A program made the translations under genes and the position numbers. Below are positions 63,483 through 64,000 of a DNA stretch of 64,000 nt, one piece after another. The stretch spans positions 4,455,535 through 4,519,534 of the forward strand of contig MU058844.1 in assembly GCA_013265495.1 (NCBI GenBank). The letters are read 5' to 3'. The DNA comes from Vicugna vicugna (Eukaryota). How positions within the stretch are numbered: position 1 is the stretch's first letter; every line of letters begins with the position of its first letter. The notes beneath the pieces were generated by a model. The model was not told the origin of the DNA, searched no databases, and saw nothing but the letters and a program-made list of their open reading frames with translations.

Positions 63483-64000
63483 ATAGAGTCTGCTGCTGAG
63501 TACAGAAGCTAGCCAACTGAAAAATGTGGGCAGAAGGCATTACAACCAAGGGGGGTGTTACGTGACAGAACACTGCTTTTTGCTCTGGTTGCAATTAGTT
63601 AAGTGTATTTAGAACATATCCAGTGTGGATGTGTTTGGGAGATGGGTGTGGAGAGTTCTGGAAATTTAACCAGGGGCCAGATCATGAAAAATCTTAATGT
63701 CACTCAACAGTTTTATGCAGGGAAGTAGTATTCTTGTTCATTTGTGAAGAGTGGACAGGACAAGACTGAAAGATATCATTTAGGAGAGTGATGAAATAGT
63801 TCAAGTGTGAATTCTGGCTTGAATTAAAATTAATAGCCAGTTGGCTGGAGAAGTCAGATGAGAATCTTTTAGAACTGATAACTGGATTTATGAAGTAATG
63901 GAGAGAGAGGTTAAAAACGATATCTAAGTTTCTGGCTTCAGTGAACACATGACTACCTGTGCAAAATCACATACACAAGTCCAGGAGACAGAAAGGGCAC

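Noticed and set aside
1..64000. CRISPR arrays, operons, rRNA, long tandem arrays
   Set aside because: None seen; this is an intron-rich mammalian locus with only microsatellites and short duplications

Overview
AT-rich mammalian genomic DNA; two tRNA-derived SINEs and young L1 3' ends suggest a camelid, which is an inference. Almost the whole window is the 3' ~80% of CEP290 (centrosomal/ciliary transition-zone protein) on the + strand. It runs from the last 5 nt of exon 14 through 40 complete exons (15-54, human-style numbering from memory) to TAA at 62212-62214. I traced every splice junction by eye and the phases join into one frame; two donors are GC-type (exons 16 and 50). The last coding exon of RLIG1/C12orf29 (RNA ligase) lies tail-to-tail on the - strand. 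The most notable unexplained structure is: (i) three in-frame, splice-site-bounded extra exons inside CEP290 introns (771 nt and 93 nt in intron 18, ~624 nt in intron 44) that could encode a much longer or C-terminally switched isoform; (ii) a young L1 inserted into the exon 42 acceptor, with the acceptor rebuilt by its target-site duplication; (iii) an antisense exon/short-intron chain in intron 26; (iv) an unidentified GC-rich, coding-like insert in intron 49. No prokaryote-type systems (CRISPR, operons) are present.
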